Source: an uncultured archaeon
Lineage (GTDB): Archaea > Asgardarchaeota > Lokiarchaeia > Sigyniarchaeales > SOKP01
NCBI GenBank assembly: GCA_964388035.1
Contig: CAYLZE010000007.1
Location: 1-64,000 of the forward strand
Direction: 5' to 3'
Length of the DNA stretch: 64,000 nucleotides
The notes under the pieces were generated by a model. It saw nothing but the letters and a program-made list of their open reading frames with translations. It did not search any database and was not told the DNA's origin. A program made the translations under genes and the position numbers. Positions 61,540 through 64,000 of the stretch are shown here, in pieces. Each line of letters opens with the position of its first letter. Within the stretch, counting starts at the first letter, position 1.

Positions 61540-61665
61540 GGGAAATGGCAATTTATGATTGTTCTGACCCATCTGATATTGGAGTTTTCAATAAATGAAG
61601 AAGATCTTGAGTTCTGACTTTTTTATTCCCTCTCCTTCTATATTAGAGGGAATAAGTCATTTCCC
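61540..61665 (+). ncRNA. Candidate C/D-box sRNA enclosed by a 10-bp terminal stem
   Basis: C-like ATGATTG (61555), D' CTGA (61573), hairpin TATTG/CAATA, C' ATGAAGA (61595), D CTGA (61614), with 11- and 12-nt spacers. Also an 11-bp hairpin 61623-61655 and a terminal stem 61540-61549/61656-61665. Confidence 0.6.
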
Positions 61666-61753
61666 TTTACATTTTCCTTAATTTATAACACCAAACTTTT
61701 AATCAAACTAAATATGAATTTTATTAGACTTTTTTAATTAGGATGGAAAAAAA

Positions 61754-63943
61754 ATGCCCCGTCGAAAAGAAATTTCGGAAATATTAAAATTAATGGAAAA
61801 ACCCGCTTCAACAAGAAATTTTGGACTCATAGGACATATTGATCATGGTAAAACCACCCTTTCTGACTCTCTCTTGAGTGAAGCAGGGTTGTTATCTCCG
61901 GAATTAGCAGGAGAAGCTCGAGTGCTGGACTATTTAGAAGAGGAACAAAAAAGAGGAATTACGATGAAGTCTACAAATATCTCCTTATATTATGAAAAAA
62001 CTGCGGAAAAGTCTGAGCCGTTCTTGATAAATTTAGTAGATACTCCGGGACATTTAGATTTTAGTGGAAAGGTCACTCGGGCATTACGACTAATCGACGG
62101 TGTAGTGGTCGTGGTAGATGCTGTAGAAGAAATCATCACGCAATCAGAAACGGTCATTAAACAAGCATTGGAGGAAAATGTAAAGCCGGTCCTTTATATA
62201 AATAAAGTAGATCGACTCATTCGAGAATTGAGTCTCACGGATGATCAAATAAAAGAAAAATATGTTCGGATCATTAAAGATTTTAATACTTTAATTGAAC
62301 GTTATGCTGATGAAGCATTTAAAGAAGAATGGAAGGTTTCTCCTGCAAAGGGCACGGTTGCCTTCGGCTCAGCCCTTCATAAATGGGGGTTTACCTTAAA
62401 AATCTTAGAAAAAAGCAGCTTGAAATTTAAAGATATACGAGAAAGATACAAGAAAGAAACCATATCAGAAAGGAAGTATGAAGATCTTCCCGTATATTTT
62501 CCCATTCATGAAGCCATTTTGGAGATGGTAGTCAATCACATGCCAAATCCTCAAGAAGCTCAGAAATATCGTATTAAAAAAATCTGGGATGGAGACATGA
62601 ATACAAAAGCGGCTAAAGCCATGGTATCCTGCGATCCAAAAGGACCTTTAATAATTTGCTTGAGCAAAGTACAAGCAGATAAACATGGTTTGATCGCTAC
62701 CGGAAGAATATTTTCCGGTTCCTGCACGGAACGAAAAGAAATCTTCTTAATGAGAGAAAATGAGTATGGGACTATTCGAAGGGTAGCAATTTTTATGGGA
62801 CAGCGAAGAGAACAAGTGAAGAGCATTCCTGTAGGGAACATCGTGGCGATTGAAGGATTAAAGATGCTTAAAAGTGGAGAAACTCTGGTGGAACCGACAA
62901 TTCTCAATGAAATGGTACCATTTGAGAATGTAAAATATGTATCAACGCCTGTTGTTACTGTTTCTATTGAACCGGAGTATTTAAGGGAATTGGATCAAAT
63001 GAAAAGAATCATAGAAGAATTATTAATAGAAGATCCTAACCTAAATTTTGAAATTAATGAGGAGAATGGAGAATTCCTATTGTCAGGAATGGGCCCGCTC
63101 CATTTAGAAGTTACAACAAATGAAATAGAAAAAAGAGGAGTTAAAGTCTCAACATCTCCCCCGCGTCCCGTATTTAAAGAATCTTGCAAGAAGAATTCTT
63201 CGCTCATTGAAATTCAATCTCAAAATGAACAAAATAAGTTAAAAATTTATATTGAACGATTGGACGAAATAACCGTTCAATTTTTTCACAATACTAATTA
63301 TCACTCTATAAAACCAAAAGAATATCTTAAATCTGTTTTGAAAACGAAAACATCTCTCAGCGAAGAAGAAGTGCAAAAATTCTGGCAATGCGATGAAGAT
63401 CAAAATCTATTATTATGTGATAATTATGAACAACTGGATGAGTATATACAAAAAAATATCCTTGAAATAGTTCAGAAAGTTCATTTAAATGGCCCTCTTG
63501 CAGGTGAAAAGCTCACTCAGGTAAAGATTGCCATCAAGGAATTAACTTTAAACGACATCAATGAAGATACTGCTTTTACGGAATTATCTGCCCTATTATA
63601 CGAGGGAATAAAACAAGGGTTGAAAGAAGGAGAAATGATTTTCATAGAACCGATATATAGAACTGTTATTCAGATCCCCCCAGCATATATAAAAAATACT
63701 CTTACTATTTTATCTAAAAATGGTGGTAAAATTAAAACCATTAATCAAGAAAAGGAGTATCAAGCCAGCATTGAAGTACTAATTCCCGTTAGAAAATCCC
63801 TTACCTTTGCTGAAGATATTCGTTCTTCCACTTCAGGTCGCGCATTTTGGATGAATGAGTTTTACGCCTTCATGGAAGTACCCCCTCACGAAGCACAAGA
63901 AATAATCAGTACTTTGCGATTTAGAAAAGGATTATCCTGGTAA
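61754..63943 (+). CDS. Elongation factor 2 paralog (aEF-2p type, no diphthamide His)
   Basis: GHIDHGKTT, RGITM, DTPGHLDF, NKVD, GMGPLHLE, RSSTSGRAFW. Domain IV loop reads LNDINEDTAFTE instead of HEDxxHRG. Confidence 0.92.
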   Translation: MPRRKEISEILKLMEKPASTRNFGLIGHIDHGKTTLSDSLLSEAGLLSPELAGEARVLDYLEEEQKRGITMKSTNISLYYEKTAEKSEPFLINLVDTPGHLDFSGKVTRALRLIDGVVVVVDAVEEIITQSETVIKQALEENVKPVLYINKVDRLIRELSLTDDQIKEKYVRIIKDFNTLIERYADEAFKEEWKVSPAKGTVAFGSALHKWGFTLKILEKSSLKFKDIRERYKKETISERKYEDLPVYFPIHEAILEMVVNHMPNPQEAQKYRIKKIWDGDMNTKAAKAMVSCDPKGPLIICLSKVQADKHGLIATGRIFSGSCTERKEIFLMRENEYGTIRRVAIFMGQRREQVKSIPVGNIVAIEGLKMLKSGETLVEPTILNEMVPFENVKYVSTPVVTVSIEPEYLRELDQMKRIIEELLIEDPNLNFEINEENGEFLLSGMGPLHLEVTTNEIEKRGVKVSTSPPRPVFKESCKKNSSLIEIQSQNEQNKLKIYIERLDEITVQFFHNTNYHSIKPKEYLKSVLKTKTSLSEEEVQKFWQCDEDQNLLLCDNYEQLDEYIQKNILEIVQKVHLNGPLAGEKLTQVKIAIKELTLNDINEDTAFTELSALLYEGIKQGLKEGEMIFIEPIYRTVIQIPPAYIKNTLTILSKNGGKIKTINQEKEYQASIEVLIPVRKSLTFAEDIRSSTSGRAFWMNEFYAFMEVPPHEAQEIISTLRFRKGLSW

Positions 63944-63946
63944 AAA

Positions 63947-64000
63947 TGCGCCCGCCGGGAATTCCGTTCGACTCGAAAAGAGCGCGAGCTTCGAACCCGG
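63947..64000 (-). tRNA. 3' part of a tRNA (probably Gly) with ~29-nt insertion in the T-loop; truncated by window end
   Basis: Minus strand reads CCGGG-TTCGAA...TT-CCCGG-CGGGCGC-A. The implied 5' acceptor GCGCCCG with A73 suggests Gly; the anticodon is outside the window. Confidence 0.75.

Noticed and set aside
61595-61617. AUGA...GA resembling a SECIS core
   Set aside because: Stem only about 4 bp, no in-frame UGA in purN or EF-2p; the C'/D box reading fits better.
1-64000. CRISPR arrays, transposases, integrases, rRNA; many short ORFs nested in or antisense to long genes
   Set aside because: No regularly spaced repeats or mobility genes seen; nested ORFs are shadows of well-supported CDSs.

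Overview
AT-rich archaeal chromosomal segment, most consistent with an Asgard archaeon of the Lokiarchaeia. Evidence: tandem roadblock genes, a Rab-like small GTPase, an EF-2 paralog lacking the diphthamide His, aCPSF1, CofE, GatAB and BHB-intron tRNA. It holds about 48 intact CDSs (housekeeping, lipid/CoA and sugar catabolism, lineage-specific membrane and zinc-finger proteins), tRNA-Gln(CUG) with a canonical intron, and the 3' end of a second tRNA with an insertion in the T-loop. I saw no CRISPR array, integrase or transposase. Items read directly from the sequence and absent from the ORF track: (1) a structured ~126-nt C/D-box sRNA candidate between purN and the EF-2 paralog; (2) a DUF1801-like gene broken into two decayed halves ~7 kb apart, bracketing a five-gene block with an 8-bp direct repeat; (3) a 57-aa Cys-rich ORF coupled to a GIY-YIG nuclease; (4) three 18-bp-phased operator boxes before a ferredoxin-TetR operon; (5) two genes whose conserved N-termini lie upstream of any standard start codon; (6) two further pseudogenes. 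All family assignments come from motif recognition by eye, not from database searches.
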